A DNA stretch of 32,000 bases, taken from NCBI GenBank assembly GCA_030167145.1, contig CP126532.1, positions 1,380,001 to 1,412,000 on the forward strand, in the 5' to 3' direction. This document shows positions 17,668-25,186 of the stretch, piece after piece. Source of the stretch: Ktedonobacterales bacterium. Lineage in GTDB: Bacteria > Chloroflexota > Ktedonobacteria > Ktedonobacterales > JADMIN01. Within the stretch, counting starts at the first letter, position 1; every line of letters starts with the position of its first letter. A program made the position numbers and the translations under genes. The notes under the pieces were generated by a model, which was not told the origin of the DNA, made no database searches, and was given only the letters and a program-made list of their open reading frames with translations.

Positions 17668-18096
17668 ATGACGCTGTCGCTCTGGCTGCGCTTGGCGGGC
17701 GTGTTCACGCTCGTTCTCGGCCTCGCCCACTTCTTTCTGCCAGCGCTGCTGAAGTATCGCGAGGCGCTGCTGGATCGTCCTGCCGGGTGGAAGCCCGCGC
17801 GCCCCTTTCGCCTGTGGCCGTCGCGCTATATGGTCACACTTACCGACCTCTATGGCATCCTCTGGGTAATGAATCATGCCGCCAGCTATGTGCTGGTGTC
17901 GCTGGGTCTGCTCGATCTCTTCGGCGCGGAGTGGCTGCAGAGCGGCGCTGGCCGATGGCTTGCCCTCTGGATTGCGGGGTGGTGGCTGCTGCGCGCGGCA
18001 AGCCAGCTCTATCTGGGCCGTCGTGCGGGCGATTGGCTGATTCTCGTCTGGTTCACGGCGCTTGGCCTGCTGCATCTGGTCGTAGCGCTGCGGTAG
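17668..18096 (+). CDS. Four-TM membrane protein of unknown function, last gene of the ArsR-rhodanese cluster
   Basis: AGAGGAGGGGG RBS 6-7 nt before the ATG at 17668. The protein has hydrophobic helices and coding-like codon bias. Confidence 0.6.
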   Translation: MTLSLWLRLAGVFTLVLGLAHFFLPALLKYREALLDRPAGWKPARPFRLWPSRYMVTLTDLYGILWVMNHAASYVLVSLGLLDLFGAEWLQSGAGRWLALWIAGWWLLRAASQLYLGRRAGDWLILVWFTALGLLHLVVALR

Positions 18097-18102
18097 CGCG
18101 AG

Positions 18103-18642
18103 CTAGAGATCACTGATAGCCTGGCGCGCGAGCCAGCCAAACCATCCCAGCGCGGCGAAGAGCGCCAGCGACAGCAGGAGCTGCCAAAGGTGGGTGGTAT
18201 CCAGCCAGAAGGGCTGGCCGAAGTGGCCAGTGAGCGTCGGCGCGCGGTTGCGTGTGGTGCTTTTCACGGTCTCGAAGACCGCCGTGGGCACAAGGAAGAG
18301 ATCGGCGCGCAGGATGACGGTGATCAGCCAGGGCAGCGCCGCAAGCACAATCGCCCCCGCCCACGACTGGCAGAGCGCGCCAATGGCCAACGCCAGCGCA
18401 AGGATGACGACGCCGAGAATCACGCCGAAGGCCGGCACGCCCGGCTTGTCGGCAGTGCCGCAGGGCATGGGGCAGCCGTAGAGGCCGCCGCTGGTGGCGG
18501 CGGACGAGAGTGTCAGGTAGAGCAGGATCGTTTGCAGCAGCGCCAGCGCGAGCACAACCAGCCGTGCGAGCGAGCGTGGCCGGCGGATCCGCAAGTTCAC
18601 CGAGAAGTGGTTCTTGGTGCGGGGTTGCGCGTTGATGGACAT
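18103..18642 (-). CDS. Membrane protein, unknown function
   Basis: Double AGGAGG RBS upstream (complement of 18646-18662). Four predicted TM helices and a CPMPCG motif. Confidence 0.7.
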   Translation of the reverse strand: MSINAQPRTKNHFSVNLRIRRPRSLARLVVLALALLQTILLYLTLSSAATSGGLYGCPMPCGTADKPGVPAFGVILGVVILALALAIGALCQSWAGAIVLAALPWLITVILRADLFLVPTAVFETVKSTTRNRAPTLTGHFGQPFWLDTTHLWQLLLSLALFAALGWFGWLARQAISDL

Positions 18643-18771
18643 GTGTGCCTCCTATGCCTCCTGTGACTCATCTGCTGACTCGCCTGCGTGCCAACTCGCA
18701 ATGCGACGCCGCAGGGCGAGCGAGTCAATGTATCACCCGGCGGCGCGGCAAACGTGGAATCGCGCGTGATG

Positions 18772-19452
18772 TTATTTGCCCAGGCGCATGCGGCGGCTGA
18801 GCCGGGCGAGCATGACGCTGCTGTAGAACGCGAGCACGAACGCGATGATGCTGAGCCAGATGTCTACCTGGCTGAGGATGATGCTGGTGACGTTGACGCC
18901 GCTAGCGAGGAGCAAATAGGCCAACGTGACCAGGGTAAAGACCAGGCTCGCACCGGCCGGGGTACGGCGGTAGAAGCGACGCACGAACTTTTGCAGCCGC
19001 AGAAGCACGGAAACCAGCACGATGGTAATCAGCGCGACGATGAATTCAGTGCCATTCTTTTCGTTGGCAACCTGCGCGAGAAAGAGCAGAACCGACCCCG
19101 CCAGACCGAGCAGCGAGGCGACGATCAGCACGCCAGGCACGGCGGGCAGGCCAGGGCGGATGCGCGCGAGAATGCCCAGGGCGAGCACCGCGCCGATGGC
19201 GAATGGCAGCGCCACGAGCACCGCAGTGTAGATCGAGGCATTCGCGCCGCCAAACTTGCCCAGATTCAGATGGAGCAGCCCGCTATCAACCGTCGTGACC
19301 GATACATTGCCGCTGGTCGCCTTCGTGAGCGCGTCAACCGCGACTTTGATGAGGCCGAGATAGGCGATACCGGCGACAATGCCCCAGGCGATGCTGAGCG
19401 AGGCCATCTTGGCGGCTTCGACTTTGGCATCCGCCTTTTTGTTGATGAACAT
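18772..19452 (-). CDS. Polytopic membrane protein, unknown function
   Basis: About six hydrophobic helices. I prefer the start MFINKK at 19452, which has an AAGGGGG RBS. Confidence 0.7.
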   Translation of the reverse strand: MFINKKADAKVEAAKMASLSIAWGIVAGIAYLGLIKVAVDALTKATSGNVSVTTVDSGLLHLNLGKFGGANASIYTAVLVALPFAIGAVLALGILARIRPGLPAVPGVLIVASLLGLAGSVLLFLAQVANEKNGTEFIVALITIVLVSVLLRLQKFVRRFYRRTPAGASLVFTLVTLAYLLLASGVNVTSIILSQVDIWLSIIAFVLAFYSSVMLARLSRRMRLGK

Positions 19453-19643
19453 GAGACCCCCTTGATGATGCAACTGTCCGCCACACTTCTGGCATCTATA
19501 CTAGCAGGCTTGTCCAGAGGGTAGCTGAGGGAGTTGGGGATGCGGGTCGCGGTCGCCTTGCATACTGGGCATCGCCGCTGGCATAGTGAGGGGTGAGGGG
19601 ACGCGGCGGACGTCCGGTGGAGCACGGGCATCCACCGAACCAC

Positions 19644-19662
19644 GGGCGTCCACCGGACGCCC
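19644..19662. repeat. REP-like palindrome copy b (GGGCGTCC-ACC-GGACGCCC, followed by CTACGG)
   Basis: Identical to copy a over about 24 nt. It is preceded by related GTCCGGTGGA / TCCACCG inverted segments at 19611-19637 and lies just upstream of the RBS of the next gene. Confidence 0.8.
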
Positions 19663-19680
19663 CTACGGAGGAGGTTGCTT

Positions 19681-20118
19681 GTGGCGGAGACGAGCCTGGT
19701 GAAGAAATTGGGCATCAAGCCCGGCGCGACGCTGTTGATCTTGCACGCGCCTGCTGGCTATCTGGAGCGGCTGCGCCCGCTGCCGGAAGGCGCGGAACTG
19801 CGCACGAACGCAACGCCGGGCGAGCGCTACGATTTCGTGCAGGTGTTCGTGGCGAGTATCGCCGAGCTGAATGCATGCGCCGCGAGCGCCATCGCGGCGT
19901 TCAGGCCGAATGGCGGGCAATTGTGGTTTTGCTATCCGAAGAAAACGGGGAAGATCAAGACGGACATCACGCGCGATGTGGGCTGGGAGGCAGTTGGCGC
20001 GGCGGGCTTCCTGGGCGTGACGTTGATCGCGATAGACGAAACATGGTCGTCATTGCGCTTTCGCCCGCGCAGCGAGATCAAGTCGCTGACGCGCAAAGGA
20101 TCTGCGCCGGTTCGGTAA
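19681..20118 (+). CDS. DUF3052-like protein
   Basis: GGAGGAGG RBS at 19667-19674, 6 nt before the GTG at 19681. N-terminal LVKKLGIKPG and central LWFCYPKK motifs resemble DUF3052. Confidence 0.7.
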   Translation: MAETSLVKKLGIKPGATLLILHAPAGYLERLRPLPEGAELRTNATPGERYDFVQVFVASIAELNACAASAIAAFRPNGGQLWFCYPKKTGKIKTDITRDVGWEAVGAAGFLGVTLIAIDETWSSLRFRPRSEIKSLTRKGSAPVR

Positions 20119-20141
20119 TCTAGCGCAGACAGCGCCGCGCG

Positions 20142-20164
20142 AGGGGCGTCCGCCGGACGCCCCT
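20142..20164. repeat. REP-like palindrome copy c (AGGGGCGTCC-GCC-GGACGCCCCT)
   Basis: 10-bp perfect stem between convergent genes (stops at 20118 and 20180). It could double as a bidirectional terminator. Confidence 0.85.
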
Positions 20165-20179
20165 GCGGATAGGGGTGAG

Positions 20180-20791
20180 TTAGCTGGTGGGCGGTGGGGT
20201 GGTGGGCGAAGCGCCAGGGGCAGTCGGTGGCGGGGTGGTGGCGCTGGTGGTGGCGATCATGTCGGGCGTGAGGCGACCAGCATCTGCTTCCTTCATCACG
20301 ACCTTCTCGGACTGCGAGACGACCTCGTTTGGCACCTCATAATGCGTCACCTTGCCGCCGAGCCGCGTCATTTCGGCGGTGAGCGGCAATATCTCATAGT
20401 CGTCGCAGAGCACGGCGAGCGCCGCTTTACCCTGATCGAGTTGCGCGCCAATCTGCTCAATATCTTCTTTCGGCACGCCGATCCGTTTCGTGTCTATGGC
20501 GCCAAAGGCCGCGCCAAGGCCGGCCAGGACGAGTACACCGGGGGCCAGTATCAAACCTGCGATGCCGCCGACCAGCGCGCTCTTCTTCCAATCCTTCACC
20601 CCACTGCGCTCCCAGTGGAGCTTGCCATCAGACCCTTTGTAGATGACGGCCATCGAGCCGAGCTTGATGGATTCTTCAGCTTTATCCCACACATCGAGCG
20701 ATTTCTGGGCTTGCCGAGCAAGGAGCAGGTCGCTGTACAGACCGAGCACCAGTTCCTTGTTTTTGTTTGGCATGCTGCCAGCCATAGTCAT
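20180..20791 (-). CDS. DUF1269-like membrane protein with a Thr/Pro-rich tail
   Basis: AGGAGG RBS before the ATG at 20791. The architecture is a soluble N-domain (LVLGLYSD...), a Gly-zipper TM (LVGGIAGLILAPGVLVLAGLGAAFGAI), then GVPKEDIEQIG...AALAVLCDD...LGGKV, as in DUF1269. Confidence 0.75.
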   Translation of the reverse strand: MTMAGSMPNKNKELVLGLYSDLLLARQAQKSLDVWDKAEESIKLGSMAVIYKGSDGKLHWERSGVKDWKKSALVGGIAGLILAPGVLVLAGLGAAFGAIDTKRIGVPKEDIEQIGAQLDQGKAALAVLCDDYEILPLTAEMTRLGGKVTHYEVPNEVVSQSEKVVMKEADAGRLTPDMIATTSATTPPPTAPGASPTTPPPTS

Positions 20792-20985
20792 ACCTCCTGC
20801 TGTCTGCGCGCGTCTTTGCGCGTGTTTCATGGTTCGCAATGGCCGCCGCAAGGCGTACCAAATGGACACAGCGAGCCGCAGGATGTATGCCAGCGCGGCG
20901 GGTATGAGGGCGCGGCGATGGGCCGGAGAACGGCACAGGCGCAAGGCGTGAGGCGTGTGCGGGGACATTCAGCACGTGGCGCGCG

Positions 20986-21009
20986 GTGCGAAACGTGCGA
21001 AACGTGCGG
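20986..21009. repeat. 9-bp tandem repeat GTGCGAAAC x2.6 in a divergent promoter region
   Basis: Read directly. Confidence 0.85.
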
Positions 21010-21080
21010 ATATACAGCGTTCACGGGCGAGTTATGTGGAGGCTCGCACAGAGCACGCGCAGGTGAGAGGAGCAACGACC

Positions 21081-21428
21081 ATGCGTCTCGGTTTACGCAC
21101 GCTCGGCATGATCTCTGGTCTGGTGGGCACGGGCATCGCGCTTATTCTGGATATACTCTATTCGCTGGCTCATGTGTTAGGGCGCGTCACGAACATCTCC
21201 AACGACACGGGGCATTTGTGGTGGGGGCTGCTCTTCGTGATCGTGGCGCTGGTCGGCTCATTGGCGGGGCTGGTCAATGCGACGGTGGGGGCGTTGCTGC
21301 TGGTGATCGCGGCAATTGCGTTCTTCTTTGTCATCGGCCCATGGGCGCTGCTGACATCGCCGTTCATGCTGTTGGGCGCGGTGCTGATATACGCGGGCCG
21401 TGGCGAGCGGATGCAAGCGACCGCATGA
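21081..21428 (+). CDS. Small membrane protein (3-4 TM), unknown function
   Basis: GAGAGGAG RBS before the ATG at 21081. The sequence is strongly hydrophobic. Confidence 0.6.
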   Translation: MRLGLRTLGMISGLVGTGIALILDILYSLAHVLGRVTNISNDTGHLWWGLLFVIVALVGSLAGLVNATVGALLLVIAAIAFFFVIGPWALLTSPFMLLGAVLIYAGRGERMQATA

Positions 21429-21473
21429 GCGGCGGTATGAGCGGGTGGCATAGCAGCACGCGGGCAGTTCCAA

Positions 21474-21504
21474 CCATAGGGGCGTCCGGTGGACGCCCCT
21501 ATGG
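21474..21504. repeat. REP-like palindrome copy d, the most complete (CCATAGGGGCGTCC-GGT-GGACGCCCCTATGG)
   Basis: 14-bp perfect stem between convergent genes (stops at 21428 and 21542). Confidence 0.9.
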
Positions 21505-21541
21505 AGTGCGGCGGCGGCGCAGGCGGAATGAGGTTGGGTTA

Positions 21542-22087
21542 TTACGCGGACGGCGAAGCGGGCTGCGTTGTGGCGTGCTCGGCTTCGTCATGAAGCGCCG
21601 CCAGCAGCGCTTGCTGGTCCGCATCAGTGATTTCCTGCTCGACGAGCGGGAGGTAAACGCGCTCTTCCTTGGCCAGATGGACGGCGAACAGTCCATGCAG
21701 TTGCAACACCTGGCGCCGGAGTCGGCGTGCCAGTTCGGGCCGCTCGCTCGATGCGACGCTGCCCCAAATGCGCGCGGTCTCCGCGATTTGCCGCGCGTAC
21801 TCGGCAATGTACTCGTGGTCCACATGCATGGTGGCAGTGGGCGAGCCGTGCGCGCGAATCACGGGGTCGAGCGCGGGATAGAGCGTCTCGTCTTCGCCAT
21901 GGGCGTGGGGGAGTAACTCATCGGAGAGAAAACTCGACAGTTTGTTGAGCAGATCGGCCAGCGACGTGGTATCACGGCTCTCAAGACCAGCCTCGACCTC
22001 GTTGGTGTACGTATCCAGTGTCTCGGCCAGAGCGCGATGGTGGGCACGGATGGCGCTGGTCAGTGCCTGGGGCGTTGTGGTGTTCAT
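21542..22087 (-). CDS. Hemerythrin (HHE cation-binding) domain protein
   Basis: His/Glu ligand pattern: IRAHHRAL, LLPHAHGEDETLYP, HVDHEYI, HLAKEERVYLP. I prefer the start MNTTTP at 22087. Confidence 0.8.
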   Translation of the reverse strand: MNTTTPQALTSAIRAHHRALAETLDTYTNEVEAGLESRDTTSLADLLNKLSSFLSDELLPHAHGEDETLYPALDPVIRAHGSPTATMHVDHEYIAEYARQIAETARIWGSVASSERPELARRLRRQVLQLHGLFAVHLAKEERVYLPLVEQEITDADQQALLAALHDEAEHATTQPASPSA

Positions 22088-22313
22088 AGTAAAATCCTCG
22101 ATCCTCTTCCTACTCTCTGCCCTGCGACCTGCGACTCTCACGTGGCTCTATCACAGGGACATGGAGAGTATGGCGCGGCACACAATCACACGACAGCGAC
22201 TTTTCTCATACTGCATCAAAGATGCTGGCGGGCACGATGGTTGCGCGGCTGGCGCTATAATCAGAAGTTGAGATGTGGTGTTGTGTGTTGTAGCCAGCCG
22301 GAGAGGCAATGAT

Positions 22314-22868
22314 ATGGCGCGTATCCGTCCGCGAGACGCTGAGGAAGTGACGAGTGAGGCGCGGGAGATGTTCGCGCGCTTCTATGAGCAGCGGGGCAAT
22401 GTGCCGAATATGTTCCGCACGATGGCGCTCCGCCCGGAGATTGCGACGACGGCAGCGGCGCATATGCGCGCGGTGTTCGCGACGGGAACGGTTGACCCGA
22501 AGCTGAAGGAGATGCTGGCGGTGCGGGTCTCGCAGATCAACACCTGCTACTATTGCATGGCGTCGCACACCGCGATTGCCCGGCAGCTTGGCGTCTCCGA
22601 AGATCTGCTCGACGCGATGTATCACATTGACCAGCATCGCGAGCGCTTTACGCTGGCTGAGCGCGCGGCGCTGACGCTGGCGGAACGCATGACCACGGAC
22701 CCACATGGCGTGGACGAAGAGGTGTGGGTTGAACTACAAGAGCATTTCGACGAAGGGCAGATCATCGAACTGACAGCGGTGATTGGCATCTTCAATTATT
22801 TCAACCGCTTCAACGATGCGCTGCACGTGGATATTACGCCGCCCGCGCGCTCTGGCGCAGACGAGTGA
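22314..22868 (+). CDS. Carboxymuconolactone decarboxylase / AhpD-like family protein (CxxC)
   Basis: GGAGAGG RBS before the ATG at 22314. The motif VSQINTCYYCMASH is typical of the AhpD-like core. Confidence 0.85.
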   Translation: MARIRPRDAEEVTSEAREMFARFYEQRGNVPNMFRTMALRPEIATTAAAHMRAVFATGTVDPKLKEMLAVRVSQINTCYYCMASHTAIARQLGVSEDLLDAMYHIDQHRERFTLAERAALTLAERMTTDPHGVDEEVWVELQEHFDEGQIIELTAVIGIFNYFNRFNDALHVDITPPARSGADE

Positions 22869-23245
22869 AGCGGGTGGAACGAACGGGAGTAGCGGGCAGT
22901 ATGGCAGAGGATGAACTGCAGAGCGGGCAGAGTACAGCGCCTGCGCGGGATGCGGGCGAGACGCCCGAACGGGCAAGGCTGACGGCGCTGCTGGATGATC
23001 TTACCGAGCTGGCGGCGTATCTCGAAGACCGTGGACGCCACACCTATGAGCTGGCGCAGCGCTTTATGGCGAACGCGCAACGCGACGCGAGCGCGCGGGC
23101 CTACGACGAGCGGCAGGCAACGATGTTGGAATACCAGCACTACATCTGGCACGAGATTGCGGGGCGGGTGAAGAAGTTGCTGGTAACCTATGAGGACGAA
23201 GCTGAGACAATGGCAACGACGGCGACGACGGAAAGCGAGGAGTAG
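22865..23245 (+). CDS. Hypothetical acidic, helical protein
   Basis: The GTG start overlaps the upstream TGA (GTGA), which suggests coupling. Codon bias looks coding. I recognise no motif. An alternative ATG lies at 22901. Confidence 0.5.
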   Translation: MKRVERTGVAGSMAEDELQSGQSTAPARDAGETPERARLTALLDDLTELAAYLEDRGRHTYELAQRFMANAQRDASARAYDERQATMLEYQHYIWHEIAGRVKKLLVTYEDEAETMATTATTESEE

Positions 23246-23250
23246 CGCAG

Positions 23251-23598
23251 GTGGCGCGCAATCAGGCGAATAGAGGTTCGGCAGCGCGGAGCAACGCGCG
23301 CAATACTGGCAACACGGGCAGCGCGAACAACGCGCATGACGCGGCACGGCGGGCGGCGCTGCGGCGCTTGCAGATGTTGCGCACAGGCGTGACGGTCTTT
23401 GCGATGTTGGCGGGGTTGGCGTGCTATGCGCTGCTATCGCAGGTGACGGGAAACGAGGCGCTGGCGGTGGTGGCGGGGTTGGTCTTCGCGGTGCTGGTGC
23501 GGATTTCGGCGGGATCGCTGCTCCGCGATGCGCTGGTGCGGACGGTGCGCGAGCGGCAGGCGGGCGATAGGACACCTCAGCAGCAGTCGAAGGAATAG
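23251..23598 (+). CDS. Hypothetical two-TM membrane protein
   Basis: It follows the previous ORF by 5 nt. It has a basic N-terminus and then two hydrophobic helices. Confidence 0.5.
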   Translation: MARNQANRGSAARSNARNTGNTGSANNAHDAARRAALRRLQMLRTGVTVFAMLAGLACYALLSQVTGNEALAVVAGLVFAVLVRISAGSLLRDALVRTVRERQAGDRTPQQQSKE

Positions 23599-23622
23599 GC
23601 CAGGCGTAGGCAGACATTCCTA

Positions 23623-23720
23623 TCCGCCCACGCCTGTCCGCCCACGCCTGTCCGCCTACGCCTGTCCGCCTACGCCTGTCCGCCTACGCCTGTCCGCCTA
23701 CGCCTGTCCGCCTACGCCTG
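23623..23720. repeat. 14-bp tandem repeat TCCGCC(C/T)ACGCCTG x7
   Basis: Read directly: two copies carry C and five carry T at position 7. An inverted partial copy CAGGCGTAGGCAG lies at 23601-23613. The array sits between convergent genes. Confidence 0.95.
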
Positions 23721-23733
23721 CGCAGGTGAAGCG

Positions 23734-25158
23734 TTAGCGGACGTTTCGTGGGTCGGCGTGCTCGCTGTTGTATGCTTCGTATTCTTCGTAGGCGTCGTCG
23801 CCGTCATCGCCGCTCGCGGCGCTCGTGGCGCTGGCGGTGAATTCGTCTTCCAGATACTCGATATAGGCGACATCGCGGACGTACGGGTGGTCGCGCAGCC
23901 CTTCGGCGATCTCGACCTCCTGGCCGGGGGCGACGTGGGCGAGGAAGCCGTGTTTGCGCGGGATCAGCCGCATGGGCCGCGCCTGCCGCTTGACGAGCAA
24001 CGCATGCGCCTGGCCAACGCTGACGCCATTGCGGAAGAAGATGGCGATGCGCCCTGGGCCAAGAAATGGCGCCTGCTGGGCGACGGTGGAACCTTCGATA
24101 CGCCCAACCAGCGCGTGCGCCGCCTGCTCCGCTTGATCGTGCAGGCGCTTGAGTTTGGGCGCGGCGACGGCACGGCTGCGCTCGGTGATGCCGCGTGCGG
24201 TGGCGGTGAGGCGTCCAAAGACATCGCCCAGGCGTGAGGTGGGAGCCGATTCGTAAGCGGGAATAGGGCGGACACCACTGGCGCGGGCTTCGTGCTGGTG
24301 GGCAAGGCCGGTGCGCAGACCAGGCAGCAGATCGCTCCACCACTGGCGCACGAGCTCGGCGACGGGCTTATGGCCGTCGGCGTTGGGGTCGCCGTCCGCG
24401 CGCGCGACGCGCTGGCCGTGCAACCGTTGGAAGCGCTCCATTCGGGGGTTGGGCAGCGCGGCGCGTGGGACGCCGCCTGGGGGCGATCCGGCGGGCATGG
24501 GGCGTCCGTCTGGCGAAGCGAGGCGTGAGCCGACGTAGCCGCGCGGACCAGATTGCGGCGCCGATGGGGACGGCTGCGCGCCCCGTGGGCGCGGCGGTAC
24601 GGGTGGCATGGGCATCGGTCGCCCGCCAGCGTGTGGGCGCGCCGGATCGTGCGGACGCGCGAGGGGTGGGCGCGCAGTGGGCATGGGACGCGGTGTTGCG
24701 TCTGGTCGTTGCGGCCACTCGGCCCAGGCGTCCGGCGTTCCGGGCGTGGCGCGGCGCGGCGAGAGATAGACGGTAGGCTGGTCGGCGATAGCCCACTCGT
24801 CTTCATCCACCTCATCGGCGATGCCGTCGTCCAGGCCATCGTCGTGAGCATGCTCGGTCTGCGTTGGGCGCGGGTTGCTCTCTTGCAACATGTGCTTGGG
24901 AATCGCGACGGCAAGCGTGCTCTTGCGCGGAAGAGTGGGTGGCTGCTCACGGACGATTGGGGCCTGCACGGTGGCGGTCTCATCTGGGCTGTTGGGCGCT
25001 GCCGTGCGCGCAGTTACGTCTGCGGGGGTTACGTCCGCAGGGGTTACGGCCTCCAGTTGGCGCGTCTTGCGAGCGCGCGAGACGGCGGGTTTGGCCCGTG
25101 CCGCCGGAGCCTCGCTAGCGGTGGTCACGGTTGCGTCTGGTTCAGGTTGTGTCGTCAT
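23734..25158 (-). CDS. Proline/arginine-rich, mostly disordered protein with a small folded C-terminal domain (possibly subtilisin-propeptide/I9-like)
   Basis: Coding-like bias is present. The C-terminal segment IAIFFRNGVSVGQAHALLV...HGFLAHVAPGQEVEIAEGLRDHPYVRDVAYIEY has a beta-alpha-beta pattern. The start is uncertain. The track ORF extends to 25518 but that part overlaps iscB. Confidence 0.6.
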   Translation of the reverse strand: MTTQPEPDATVTTASEAPAARAKPAVSRARKTRQLEAVTPADVTPADVTARTAAPNSPDETATVQAPIVREQPPTLPRKSTLAVAIPKHMLQESNPRPTQTEHAHDDGLDDGIADEVDEDEWAIADQPTVYLSPRRATPGTPDAWAEWPQRPDATPRPMPTARPPLARPHDPARPHAGGRPMPMPPVPPRPRGAQPSPSAPQSGPRGYVGSRLASPDGRPMPAGSPPGGVPRAALPNPRMERFQRLHGQRVARADGDPNADGHKPVAELVRQWWSDLLPGLRTGLAHQHEARASGVRPIPAYESAPTSRLGDVFGRLTATARGITERSRAVAAPKLKRLHDQAEQAAHALVGRIEGSTVAQQAPFLGPGRIAIFFRNGVSVGQAHALLVKRQARPMRLIPRKHGFLAHVAPGQEVEIAEGLRDHPYVRDVAYIEYLEDEFTASATSAASGDDGDDAYEEYEAYNSEHADPRNVR

Positions 25159-25186
25159 CTCACGTGCGGCGCGAAGACCCCTGCCT

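Noticed and set aside
20342-21916. 524-aa ORF on the plus strand, the longest in this area
   Set aside because: It runs antisense or out of frame across three better-supported genes (DUF1269-like, small membrane protein, hemerythrin), each with its own RBS and motifs. It has no recognisable domain and an Arg/Gly-rich composition.
23623-23720. Possible CRISPR array
   Set aside because: The units are 14 bp and directly abutting with no spacers, and there are no cas genes. It is a simple tandem repeat.
23528-23737. 69-aa ORF translating the 14-bp tandem array
   Set aside because: It has no RBS or start context and overlaps the end of the upstream gene. The periodicity comes from the DNA repeat itself, so the array is treated as non-coding.
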